IMG/VR virus record: IMGVR_UViG_3300025609_000026
Reading direction: 5' to 3' (one strand)
DNA length: 14,196 bases
Origin: a virus
Shown: positions 1-7,145 of the stretch, one piece after another
Numbering within the stretch: position 1 is the stretch's first letter
Layout: every line of letters starts with the position of its first letter
Translations under genes and position numbers: made by a program
The notes under the pieces: generated by a model
The model's input: the letters and a program-made list of their open reading frames with translations, nothing else
Databases searched by the model: none
Told to the model about the DNA's origin: nothing

Positions 1-127
1 CATTACTTCCTTGGTTAAACTCAATATTATATTCCTCTTGGCTAATAAATAGATCATATTTAGGGTAGTACTCAAATAGGCAGCTATAATTACTTATACC
101 GTTCCTATTCTTTAAACATACTAATTC
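1..127. repeat. Terminal direct repeat, copy A. It is identical to 14070-14196 and marks the circular closure or assembly overlap.
   Basis: A base-by-base comparison of 1-127 with 14070-14196 shows a perfect 127/127 match running to both window ends. A single reading frame passes through the junction. Confidence 0.97.
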
Positions 128-1909
128 TATTTGTCTAGGGTTGGCCCTCTTGGCCTGGTTAATCTTTTCCCTTTTCTCTTTTATCTTGGTTTGTGAATTA
201 AATACCTCGTCATGTATTACTTGTAATTGCAGCCCCCATACTACATCTGCGGTATATTCTATACCTCCACTTTCTTTAAAACTTTCAAAGTCTATAGGGG
301 TTAAATAGTTTGTCCTATTTAAACTACTAATAACAATTACACTTATATTATAATCCCTTGATATTCTCTTTAATTCTGTTACTACGCCGTCTATTCTTTC
401 CTTGTCGCTTCTATCTGTTTCCCGTCCTGGTATGATCTGTAGGTAATCAATTATCACTACTGGGCTTACTTTATTTAATAAAATGTAATTGTGTATATAC
501 TCCCTTATACTATCTATATTAGTATTAAAGTTACCTTCTACAATACTAAACCTTTTAGATATAGGCTCATAATTAGTTATGGCCTGTTGCACCGCTGCCC
601 TTTTTCTTTCCGGTATATCATTTAATCTAATCTGTAAAGCTGATACGCCATTCTCAAAGTTATAGCCGTCTTTATTCAGTACCGTTAAACGGGCCATACT
701 TTTAGTGATTAATTCAAGGGTAGCCATTTCTAAACTAAAAAATATTATATGTTCGCCCATTTCTGCCATTTGGTCGGCCATCTGGTGTATAAAGGTTGTT
801 TTTCCTAGTGTACTTAATCCACCTATAACATATAATCCAGGGTAAATGCTTGTAATTTCATCTAGGTTTTTATATCCTGTTTTTCTATCCCTAAATTGCT
901 TATACTGTTCAATATCTGGAATTAATCTATTAAGCATATAATTATATAAACTATCTGGTCTTTTCTGTGTTTCTATTTGCTTATAGATACTTTCTTTAAA
1001 TTCTTCTTTGTTGCCTTGGATCCATTCGTTAACATCTTTATATTGTTTAGGTATCTCAATCTTATATTTACTTTCTACTTCCTGGCCCTTCTCGTCATTA
1101 TCAAAGGCGGTTAAAAACAATAAGTCATTTCTTTTATTGTCTTGTATAAAGTTTTTATAGTTCCCTACTCCGCCTATGGCTATGGCTTTTACTCCTATAC
1201 TTTCAAAACTTAAAGCGTCAAATTCGCCTTCTGTTATAACTATTGTTTCCCCTTTTGCTGCCGTCTTTAAATGGTCTATATTAAAATATACTGCGTCCCC
1301 TCTTGCCTTTAGGTACTTTATTTTAGGATCCTTTTCTATTGCTCTAGCGTTCCAGTAAACAACTTTATTATCCTTCCATACTGGCAATATGGCCCTTTTA
1401 CCAAAGTAATTATTATCTAATCTATTTACATCACCTATACATAGCTTGTATCTGTCTATAATCTCCGGGCTTATTCCTCTTTCTATAAAATACGCCTTGT
1501 CTTGGTCTGTCTGTTTATTGTATAATTCTAATATGATATTGGTATAATCTTTATAGGCATCTGCTCCCTTAACTTGCTTGGTCGGCTCTGTTTTGGGGGC
1601 ATTTTCCTTTTTTATATTTACTTTAAATTCACCTTCTGGCGTTTCCCCTGCTAGTTCTAATAATTCCTTATAGGCCGTTTCTTCGTCCATTCCTTCTACC
1701 TCTACTAAATACTTATACACGCTTCCGCCCTGGCAGCACTCACTAAAACTACTATAACTATTAGTTTCTGGATATATAGTAAAATGGTCTTTTTTCCCGC
1801 ATATTGGGCATGGGTTTATTCTTAAAACATTCCCTACCCTTTTTACCTTATATTTACTTTCAATTAAAGATAATAAGTTAACTCTTTGCTCTAAATCTGT
1901 AATCTTCAT
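1..1909 (-). CDS. Bifunctional DNA primase / replicative helicase, T7 gp4-like in architecture: zinc finger, TOPRIM, then a DnaB-family RecA-type ATPase. The gene is split by linearisation and continues at 14069 down to a stop at 14058-14056, giving 640 codons in total.
   Basis: Hand translation from ATG 1909 (SD GGAGG at 1916-1920) gives an open frame all the way to base 1.
- Start of protein: MKITDLEQRVNLLSLIESKYK...
- Zinc-finger-like segment: NPCPICGKKDHFTIY...SECCQGG
- TOPRIM segments: ETIVITEGEFDALSF and FLTAFDNDEKGQE
- Walker A: GGLSTLGKTTFIHQMA
- Walker B-like: VVIIDYLQII
- Other helicase motifs: VIVISSLNR and CLKNRNG
The gene is absent from the ORF track because it has no in-window stop. 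Confidence 0.9.
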   Translation of the reverse strand, partial: MKITDLEQRVNLLSLIESKYKVKRVGNVLRINPCPICGKKDHFTIYPETNSYSSFSECCQGGSVYKYLVEVEGMDEETAYKELLELAGETPEGEFKVNIKKENAPKTEPTKQVKGADAYKDYTNIILELYNKQTDQDKAYFIERGISPEIIDRYKLCIGDVNRLDNNYFGKRAILPVWKDNKVVYWNARAIEKDPKIKYLKARGDAVYFNIDHLKTAAKGETIVITEGEFDALSFESIGVKAIAIGGVGNYKNFIQDNKRNDLLFLTAFDNDEKGQEVESKYKIEIPKQYKDVNEWIQGNKEEFKESIYKQIETQKRPDSLYNYMLNRLIPDIEQYKQFRDRKTGYKNLDEITSIYPGLYVIGGLSTLGKTTFIHQMADQMAEMGEHIIFFSLEMATLELITKSMARLTVLNKDGYNFENGVSALQIRLNDIPERKRAAVQQAITNYEPISKRFSIVEGNFNTNIDSIREYIHNYILLNKVSPVVIIDYLQIIPGRETDRSDKERIDGVVTELKRISRDYNISVIVISSLNRTNYLTPIDFESFKESGGIEYTADVVWGLQLQVIHDEVFNSQTKIKEKREKINQAKRANPRQIELVCLKNRNGISNYSCLFEYYPKYDLFISQEEYNIEFNQGSN

Positions 1910-1991
1910 TTTATACCTCCTCTTAATCTTAAAGTTAATGTTAATGTCCAGGTTAATATTTTATTTTAACTGTTAAAGAAATAATATTAAG

Positions 1992-2025
1992 GCATGGCGG
2001 CGGCTGTCAAGCAAGCCGCCAATGC
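1992..2025. other. GC-rich imperfect hairpin in the putative origin region.
   Basis: GGCGGCT (1999-2005) pairs with AGCCGCC (2014-2020) across an 8-nt loop. An outer GCAT/ATGC pairing sits at 1992-1995 and 2022-2025. No T-run follows on either strand, so it is not a classical terminator. Confidence 0.5.
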
Positions 2026-2033
2026 TGCTACAG

Positions 2034-2060
2034 TACCTATAATACTTATAGTACTTATAG
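2034..2060. repeat. Three tandem 9-mers: TACCTATAA, TACTTATAG, TACTTATAG.
   Basis: Read directly at 2034-2042, 2043-2051 and 2052-2060. They lie between the GC hairpin and the iterons. Confidence 0.6.
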
Positions 2061-2125
2061 GGTTTTTGAGCAATCGCTGAAAGGCTTGTCCTATCTAGGT
2101 TTGAGGGCATTTTTTATTTTTTTAA

Positions 2126-2213
2126 GGTTCCCACTTATTGCACCCATGGTTCCCACTTATTGCACCCATGGTTCCCACTTATTGCACCCATGGTTCCCAC
2201 TTATTGCACCCAA
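2126..2213. repeat. Four head-to-tail 22-bp iterons (GGTTCCCACTTATTGCACCCAT). Putative replication origin.
   Basis: Exact copies lie at 2126-2147, 2148-2169 and 2170-2191. A fourth copy at 2192-2213 differs only at its last base. A T-rich tract (2108-2125) flanks them. They sit directly 3' of the 471-aa gene and upstream of the primase-helicase gene. There are no spacers, so this is not a CRISPR array. Confidence 0.85.
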
Positions 2214-2222
2214 ACAAGCGTT

Positions 2223-3638
2223 CTAATAAAATATTTCTATTCCTTTAAATGCTCGCCCCTCTTTATAAAATTCAAAGTTTTTAATGTATTTTTCTGATAC
2301 AAATTTACTCAATAACTTTTCTATTATATTCCTAACTTTTAAAGCTTTTTTCTTTGTTGGTTCTGGCTCGTTTAGTTCCTCATAAACTCTTTCAAGTAAA
2401 ATACAGTTGGATTGGTCTTTATTCTTTTTCATTACCTCTATACGCCTTATTAAATATTCTCTAATAATAATTACATCTTCTGTAGATCTAATTACATCTT
2501 TAGTATTTAATAGCTTACTAGGTACCGTTAATACTTGCCCTGATACTTGTGCATATTGATATAATATAGGTTTACTATTTAATTTATAACCTGTTACTCT
2601 TTGGCCCCCTGCTTCCAGGGTTATTTTTTTGGCTGATAAAATATAATCCTCTACTATGCAGCTATTAACATCTTTTCTATATGCTTTAGCTTCATTGGTA
2701 TAATCAATTTTAGCATAAATACGCCTTTGTTTATCTAAACTTCTAGTAATGGCTCCTACGGCTTGGGGGCTTACATATTGTTGGTCGTCTAATCCATTCA
2801 TAGCCCTATATACTTGGTCTGGTGTAAAGTTCGTGTTACCGGCTTCAAATAAACTACATACGGCATTATGGACGGTACGGTCATAAGGGGTAAACCTTTT
2901 ATTTTTATCATAAATCTGTATGTTTTCATCATCATAATTAAGGCTTACCTTGGTTAAAATTTCTTTTTTATTTTCGTTATTTATTCTTAAATTAAAGTTT
3001 TCATTACATAATACTTCGCCTTTAGCCATTGTATTCACCAACTTATTATTAGGTATAATATAGCTTTCTGGTACTATACCGTCTAACAACTCTATTTCCT
3101 GTTCCAACCCTTTGCCGTCTATCATATCCATTATTACGGATAGTTCTAATTTTTCTATGTCGGACTGTTGAAGGTTATTAATCCTATCAAGTTTTTTCTT
3201 TAGTTCCTCAATATGTTTTTTAGTTCTAATTTTATGTTTTTCTAATGTATCAATTAGTTTATCCTTATCTTGATAAAGTTCTTCATAAAATTTTAAAGTA
3301 TCTTTATGGGTATTAATCAAGTCATTAAAATAAGCTTCTGTATACTTATACTTTTCTTCTGGTGTAGGATTTTCAAGCATATTAATTAATTCTTTGGTTT
3401 CCTGTATACTGGTTTTTATAAATTCCTCTGGGCCTAATTCCTCTATCTTCTTCAATCTTAATTCATTAAATTTTAATGCACTTGCTACTGTGTTTTTAGT
3501 TATTTCCAATTTTCCTTCTTTAGTTAAGCTATTAGGTGTTATATGATCTTTGCCCTCTGCTTTTAACTTCTTTATTCTTTCGCTTCTCTCTTGGGCGTAT
3601 TCCTCGGTTATCCATGGCTCTATTTTGGGTATACTCAT
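2223..3638 (-). CDS. Hypothetical 471-aa protein. Putative iteron-binding replication initiator, with a coiled-coil-rich N-terminal half and a globular C-terminal half.
   Basis: Complete ORF with SD GGAGGGGG at 3644-3651 and a TAG stop nine bases from the iteron array. The functional call rests only on position (next to the iterons and primase-helicase). I do not recognise a family signature. Confidence 0.35.
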   Translation of the reverse strand: MSIPKIEPWITEEYAQERSERIKKLKAEGKDHITPNSLTKEGKLEITKNTVASALKFNELRLKKIEELGPEEFIKTSIQETKELINMLENPTPEEKYKYTEAYFNDLINTHKDTLKFYEELYQDKDKLIDTLEKHKIRTKKHIEELKKKLDRINNLQQSDIEKLELSVIMDMIDGKGLEQEIELLDGIVPESYIIPNNKLVNTMAKGEVLCNENFNLRINNENKKEILTKVSLNYDDENIQIYDKNKRFTPYDRTVHNAVCSLFEAGNTNFTPDQVYRAMNGLDDQQYVSPQAVGAITRSLDKQRRIYAKIDYTNEAKAYRKDVNSCIVEDYILSAKKITLEAGGQRVTGYKLNSKPILYQYAQVSGQVLTVPSKLLNTKDVIRSTEDVIIIREYLIRRIEVMKKNKDQSNCILLERVYEELNEPEPTKKKALKVRNIIEKLLSKFVSEKYIKNFEFYKEGRAFKGIEIFY

Positions 3639-3650
3639 ATTATCCCCCTC

Positions 3651-3704
3651 CCAATATTATTATGTTTACATTGTAAACCTTGTTTACCAATATTACTATG
3701 TTTA
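3651..3704. promoter_or_regulatory. Operator-like region upstream of the 471-aa gene, with a 15-bp palindrome and an 18-bp direct repeat.
   Basis: Perfect palindrome GTTTACA-T-TGTAAAC at 3664-3678. Direct repeats CCAATATTATTATGTTTA (3651-3668) and CCAATATTACTATGTTTA (3687-3704). A third TGTTTAC lies at 3681-3687. Confidence 0.55.
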
Positions 3705-3705
3705 T

Positions 3706-3924
3706 TTAATCGTTTAAAAACTCTTTTACTGCTTCCTCATCAACTAGCCATTGACGGCCTATTTTTTTCCCTTTTATTCTACCTTCGCTTATATACTTTC
3801 TTACTGTCTGCGGTGTTGTATTCAGTAATTTAGATAAATCTTTTACGGTATATACTACTAGGTTACCTTTTTCTAATTGGTTACCTATATTACTGATATT
3901 ACCGTTATTACCTGTATTACTCAT
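3706..3924 (-). CDS. Small helix-turn-helix DNA-binding protein of the excisionase / AlpA / MerR-like HTH_17 type.
   Basis: 72 aa. The core YTVKDLSKLLNTTPQTVRKYISEGRIKGKKIGRQWLVDEEAVKEFL matches the classic excisionase-family HTH pattern. The N-terminus is an Asn/Gly-rich low-complexity tail. The start overlaps the upstream stop as TAATG. Confidence 0.75.
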   Translation of the reverse strand: MSNTGNNGNISNIGNQLEKGNLVVYTVKDLSKLLNTTPQTVRKYISEGRIKGKKIGRQWLVDEEAVKEFLND

Positions 3925-4208
3925 TACTTATCACCCCTTCTAATAACTTCCTTATCCTTCAAGTACTCGGCTAATGCTTGGTTTATTTCGTCTTTAATAG
4001 TAGTTCTATTGGTATAGGCTAAATCTTTCAATTTCTCCAATAGATCCTCTCTAACTATAAAAGTGGCTCTAGTCCAATTCTCTTGTAATCCTTCCTGGCT
4101 GCTTTTGGTATATTCTCTGTCTATAGTTCTTGGCCTTCCAGGGCCTTTTTTTTCTTCTTCCTCTTGTTGTCCTATCCAATCTAACGGGTTGTTTTTTATC
4201 CTACTCAC
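3924..4208 (-). CDS. Ribbon-helix-helix (CopG/ParG-like) protein. Likely the centromere-binding partner of ParA.
   Basis: 94 aa. A disordered basic/acidic N-terminus is followed by TRATFIVREDLLEKLKDLAYTNRTTIKDEINQALAEYL, a beta-strand plus two helices as in the RHH pattern. It sits immediately downstream of parA, as in type Ib partition loci. Confidence 0.6.
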   Translation of the reverse strand: MSRIKNNPLDWIGQQEEEEKKGPGRPRTIDREYTKSSQEGLQENWTRATFIVREDLLEKLKDLAYTNRTTIKDEINQALAEYLKDKEVIRRGDK

Positions 4209-4214
4209 TTATAA

Positions 4215-4976
4215 TCAACTCCTTTTCAATATTTCATCTACTAAACTGTTATAGTCCTCGGCTCCGTTGCTATTAGGTTTATAACTAAATATATCCATTC
4301 CTTGGGCCGGGGCTTCTGCTAATGATACATTGTTACGGATCCTAGTATTAAATAGCTTATCTGGGAAATAAGTTTCTACATTCTCAATAACTTCTTTATA
4401 AAGTAGCTTTCTACTATCAAACATAGTTATAATAATCCCTGTAACCTCTAAATCTGGGTTTAACCTTCGCTTTACTGTTTCTATAGTCTTGATTAATTGG
4501 CTCATACCTAATAGGGCCAAATATTCTGGTTGCAGCGTGATATATATTTCTTTAGCTGCTACTAATCCATTAAGGGTTAATAGTGTTAGGCTTGGGGGGC
4601 AATCAATTAAAATATAATCATAATTGTTAACTATCGGCTCCAATACTTCTTTTAGTATGGTTTCCCTTCCTGGTGTGCTGCTTAATTCAATTTCTGCCCC
4701 GGATAGCCTAATATCTGACGGCATTACATCAAATTTCTTTTTTATAATGCAATCCTGGGCCTTAATTTCGCCTTTAAAGGCTTCATAAATGGTATTAGAT
4801 AGATTGTATGTTTCAATCCCTAAACTGGCCGTTAAACTGCCCTGTGCGTCTAAATCTATGGCTAATACTCTATAACCTCTATCTTTTAACCCGGCTGCTA
4901 TATTAATAGTGCTTGTGGTCTTTCCTGTGCCGCCTTTCTGATTTACCAGGGCTATTATTCTAGTCATTGGATCCAC
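4215..4976 (-). CDS. parA: ParA/Soj-family partition ATPase.
   Basis: 253 aa with a deviant Walker A (NQKGGTGKTTSTINIAAGL), IDLDAQGSLT, and Walker B-like YDYILIDCPPSL. The size is typical of small plasmid ParA proteins. Confidence 0.93.
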   Translation of the reverse strand: MDPMTRIIALVNQKGGTGKTTSTINIAAGLKDRGYRVLAIDLDAQGSLTASLGIETYNLSNTIYEAFKGEIKAQDCIIKKKFDVMPSDIRLSGAEIELSSTPGRETILKEVLEPIVNNYDYILIDCPPSLTLLTLNGLVAAKEIYITLQPEYLALLGMSQLIKTIETVKRRLNPDLEVTGIIITMFDSRKLLYKEVIENVETYFPDKLFNTRIRNNVSLAEAPAQGMDIFSYKPNSNGAEDYNSLVDEILKRS

Positions 4977-4982
4977 TCCTTT

Positions 4983-5405
4983 CTATATCATTCTTTTTCT
5001 AACAATCATACCTTCCATTAAAAACGGGTGTCCTGCTTCATGGTTATAGAAATAATAACCCTCTTTGCCGTCCCTTTGTGTATATTCAACCCTACCAAAT
5101 AGCCATTCATCATAAAAATACTCTAATGATGATCCACAACTTAAAGGGTAGCTTTCTGTACCGTCATAATACTTGATATAAAACTTATTAAGCTTCTTAT
5201 CTAAAAATAAAACGCCCTCTTTTACTTCTGCTGCTAAATACTCAATGCTTTCCGTTGTATCTTCCATTTTCTCTATAAGGTATTCTAAATTATCATAAGC
5301 TTGGCTGTTCTCTGCTCCCTCATAGTCTGCCTGGTCTAACAATTTCCTTAAATCATACATAGCCTTTTTTATAATGTCATTGGCTTGTAAATACTTATTA
5401 TCCAT
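4983..5405 (-). CDS. Hypothetical 140-aa protein. The C-terminal half resembles the small beta-rich domain annotated as DUF5348 in Firmicutes mobile elements.
   Basis: Complete ORF with SD AAAGGGG upstream. The C-terminal pattern is LSCGSSLEYFYDEWLFGRVEY...GYYF...LMEGMIVRKR. The family assignment is from memory only. Confidence 0.3.
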   Translation of the reverse strand: MDNKYLQANDIIKKAMYDLRKLLDQADYEGAENSQAYDNLEYLIEKMEDTTESIEYLAAEVKEGVLFLDKKLNKFYIKYYDGTESYPLSCGSSLEYFYDEWLFGRVEYTQRDGKEGYYFYNHEAGHPFLMEGMIVRKRMI

Positions 5406-5477
5406 AATTTAAACCCCTTTCTTTTATTGTTTTAGTCGCAAAATTAAGATTTTGTGCCTTAACCTTAAATATGTACC

Positions 5478-5498
5478 AAAGGGGGCATAAAAGCCCCC
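5478..5498 (-). terminator. Weak intrinsic terminator or attenuator after the 206-aa gene.
   Basis: GGGGGC (5481-5486) pairs with GCCCCC (5493-5498) across a 6-nt loop. On the minus strand only TTT follows. It begins 9 nt after the stop at 5507. Confidence 0.45.
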
Positions 5499-5506
5499 TG
5501 TAATGA

Positions 5507-6127
5507 TTATTTAACTACCTTTAGATACTTTGGTATAGGCTTATTTAACTTGGCTACCTTACCGTCTTTTATAATGAATTTATTACCCTTCTGGTCTTGG
5601 TGTGCTGTAAATGTTTCTATTCCGTTCATTTCGGCCCATTCTGTGGCTAATGAAGGGTAACCCTCTAGCTGCCTTAAATCGCTTAAATAGCCCATAAGAT
5701 TAACATTAAATTCAGTTATATCCCAATTAGTGTACTCCCATATAAACATTAAAGGATCTTCCTGCTCTGCTATTGTTTTATTAGGATCCAATGTATTAAT
5801 ATAATCCCTGGTATAGAAATAATCTTTCATACCCCATTTATGGCCCTTATATTCCTTTTCTATTGGGAATATTGTTATAAATTCGCCTGGCGTTAATAGG
5901 CCCATCATATCTTTTACTACGCTGCCAAATTGGAAATTGCTTTCTGCTTCCTCTCTAGTTAGGTATTGGGGTTTTTCTTTTAGATTAATAGCCTTTACTC
6001 CATGGAATACGGCTTGTTTTATATAGTCCTTTTTAGTAATGTCTGGGGCTGCTGCATATTGTTTAATTGCACTACAAAAAGCGTTTAAATAAAGTCCATA
6101 TTTTTTATTATCTCTTTGCCTTCTCAT
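5507..6127 (-). CDS. Hypothetical 206-aa protein.
   Basis: Complete ORF with SD AAGGGGG 7 nt upstream of ATG 6127. No motif recognised. Confidence 0.5.
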   Translation of the reverse strand: MRRQRDNKKYGLYLNAFCSAIKQYAAAPDITKKDYIKQAVFHGVKAINLKEKPQYLTREEAESNFQFGSVVKDMMGLLTPGEFITIFPIEKEYKGHKWGMKDYFYTRDYINTLDPNKTIAEQEDPLMFIWEYTNWDITEFNVNLMGYLSDLRQLEGYPSLATEWAEMNGIETFTAHQDQKGNKFIIKDGKVAKLNKPIPKYLKVVK

Positions 6128-6351
6128 TACTTTAGCCCCCTTGCCGCTTTTCTATTTTCTCTCTAGCTTTAAGTATTTATCAATTTTAATAGAGCTGTTT
6201 ATTGCTTTGTCTAAAAATTCTTCTAATATTGCATAGGCTACACCTGGATCATCTTTAAAGTTGCCGTCAATATAATCTAATAAAACATATTTAACTCCTT
6301 TAAGTAAGATAAGTTAATAACCAATTATTGGCATCCTGTTTCTTTTCGTTA

Positions 6352-6379
6352 GGTCCTCAGGTCCTGTGCACCGGTCCGG
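6352..6379. repeat. GC-rich cluster of GGTCC pentamers (AGGTCCT x2 in tandem, then CCGGTCCGG). A fourth, inverted copy lies inside the adjacent terminator.
   Basis: GGTCC at 6352-6356, 6360-6364 and 6373-6377. GGACC at 6412-6416. This is a local GC island in an AT-rich intergenic tract, upstream of the maintenance operon. Confidence 0.5.
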
Positions 6380-6392
6380 TATATAATTACAG

Positions 6393-6417
6393 AAAAAAAA
6401 GGGCCCTTGCCGGACCC
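6393..6417 (-). terminator. Strong Rho-independent terminator, minus-strand specific.
   Basis: Minus-strand RNA reads GGGUCC-ggcaa-GGGCCC, which is 6 bp including one G-U pair, followed by U8 (plus-strand A8 at 6393-6400). On the plus strand the same stem would have a C-A mismatch. It lies 5 nt after the mini-ORF stop. Confidence 0.8.
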
Positions 6418-6422
6418 TATGA

Positions 6423-6506
6423 TTATGATTTTTTGGCTACTTCTAAAATTATAAGTATCGGTAATAGTAATAAAGCAATAATTATAAGTATTATCCCTTT
6501 AATCAC
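6423..6506 (-). CDS. Candidate 27-aa hydrophobic membrane peptide, resembling a type I toxin.
   Basis: GTG 6506 to TAA 6425-6423 encodes (M)IKGIILIIIALLLLPILIILEVAKKS, one predicted TM helix with a charged tail. AAGGAGG lies at 6527-6521, 14 nt upstream, which is long spacing. A strong terminator follows. It is too short for the ORF track. Confidence 0.35.
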   Translation of the reverse strand: MIKGIILIIIALLLLPILIILEVAKKS

Positions 6507-6576
6507 CTTCTTTATTATATCCTCCTTTGATTTTTCGCCCCAAAGGTGATATAATAGTATTAAGCCCTTTGGGGTG
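6502..6576 (-). promoter_or_regulatory. Structured leader with two mutually exclusive hairpins upstream of, and over, the mini-ORF start.
   Basis: Hairpin A: 6538-6546 CCCCAAAGG pairs with 6566-6574 CCTTTGGGG (9 bp, 19-nt loop). Hairpin B: 6502-6509 ATCACCTT pairs with 6543-6550 AAGGTGAT (8 bp). Hairpin B covers the GTG start and encloses the SD. The two hairpins share 6543-6546. Confidence 0.45.
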
Positions 6577-6652
6577 TTCGTTAAGGTATCTGGGTTAAGT
6601 TTAGCCGCTTTTCCAGGTATCTTTTTAGTTTGCCAATGTTATTAATGTTATT

Positions 6653-6716
6653 AGTATTACTATTATTATTCTGTCCCCCTTTCTTACTTTGTTTATGTAA
6701 TAATTTAATGTTTACA
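6653..6716. promoter_or_regulatory. Shared intergenic motif block: a 16-mer AGTATTACTATTATTA plus TGTTTACA.
   Basis: 6653-6668 is identical to 9515-9530. TGTTTACA lies at 6709-6716. On the plus strand, TTTACA (6711-6716), 17 nt, then TAAATT (6734-6739) forms a promoter-like arrangement. Confidence 0.45.
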
Positions 6717-6762
6717 ATCATATATTAACATTATAAATTCAAACTGTCAACCATAATAATAT

Positions 6763-6810
6763 AAAAAAATAGGCTATTAATCATTATATCGTTAATAGCC
6801 TTTATTTTGC
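6763..6810. terminator. Bidirectional intrinsic terminator ending the head/packaging operon.
   Basis: A perfect 10-bp stem, AGGCTATTAA (6771-6780) with TTAATAGCCT (6792-6801), and an 11-nt loop. A7 lies upstream (6763-6769) and TTTATTTT downstream (6802-6809), so a U-run follows on either strand. Confidence 0.75.
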
Positions 6811-6930
6811 GTTTTAAGCCGTCTTATCTTTTAAAGGTATAAAACCATTACCATAACCTTTTAAAGCCATTGTAGGCCATTCTACGGCGTTGTTATTTAT
6901 GGAATTGTACAAAATCAACCTTTTGTATAA

Positions 6931-7134
6931 TCATTTAGCTTGGCTTTCCAGGTATTTAATAATATTGGCCCTAAAATCATCAACCATATAAAATACTTGT
7001 CTGGCTAATTGCTCATAGTCATAATAATTTAATGTTTCTCTTGGATCATTAGCACAACTTATATTAGATTGTATTTCTTCGCTAAATGTCTGTAGGGCTT
7101 CCCCTAGTTTTCTATCCAGTTCTTTTATAGTCAT
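6931..7134 (-). CDS. Hypothetical 67-aa protein, the last gene of the head operon.
   Basis: Complete ORF with SD GGGGGA upstream and a TGA stop. No motif recognised. Confidence 0.45.
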   Translation of the reverse strand: MTIKELDRKLGEALQTFSEEIQSNISCANDPRETLNYYDYEQLARQVFYMVDDFRANIIKYLESQAK

Positions 7135-7145
7135 AATATCCCCCT

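Noticed and set aside
2126-2213. Possible CRISPR array, because of the four identical 22-bp repeats.
   Set aside because: The repeats are directly abutting with no spacers, and no cas genes or leader are present. The spacing and position fit plasmid/PICI-type iterons instead.
6152-6313. An open minus-strand frame of 53 codons (...LLDYIDGNFKDDPGVAYAILEEFLDKAINSSIKIDKYLKLERK) just upstream of the 206-aa gene.
   Set aside because: It has no ATG, GTG or TTG start in frame. A good SD (AAAGGAG, 6301-6295) instead serves an out-of-frame ATG at 6288, which reads only ATG TTT TAT TAG. It could be a gene broken by a 1-nt indel in the TTTT run (6285-6282) or a sequencing error. I cannot support it as a CDS. 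It is worth re-checking in read pileups.
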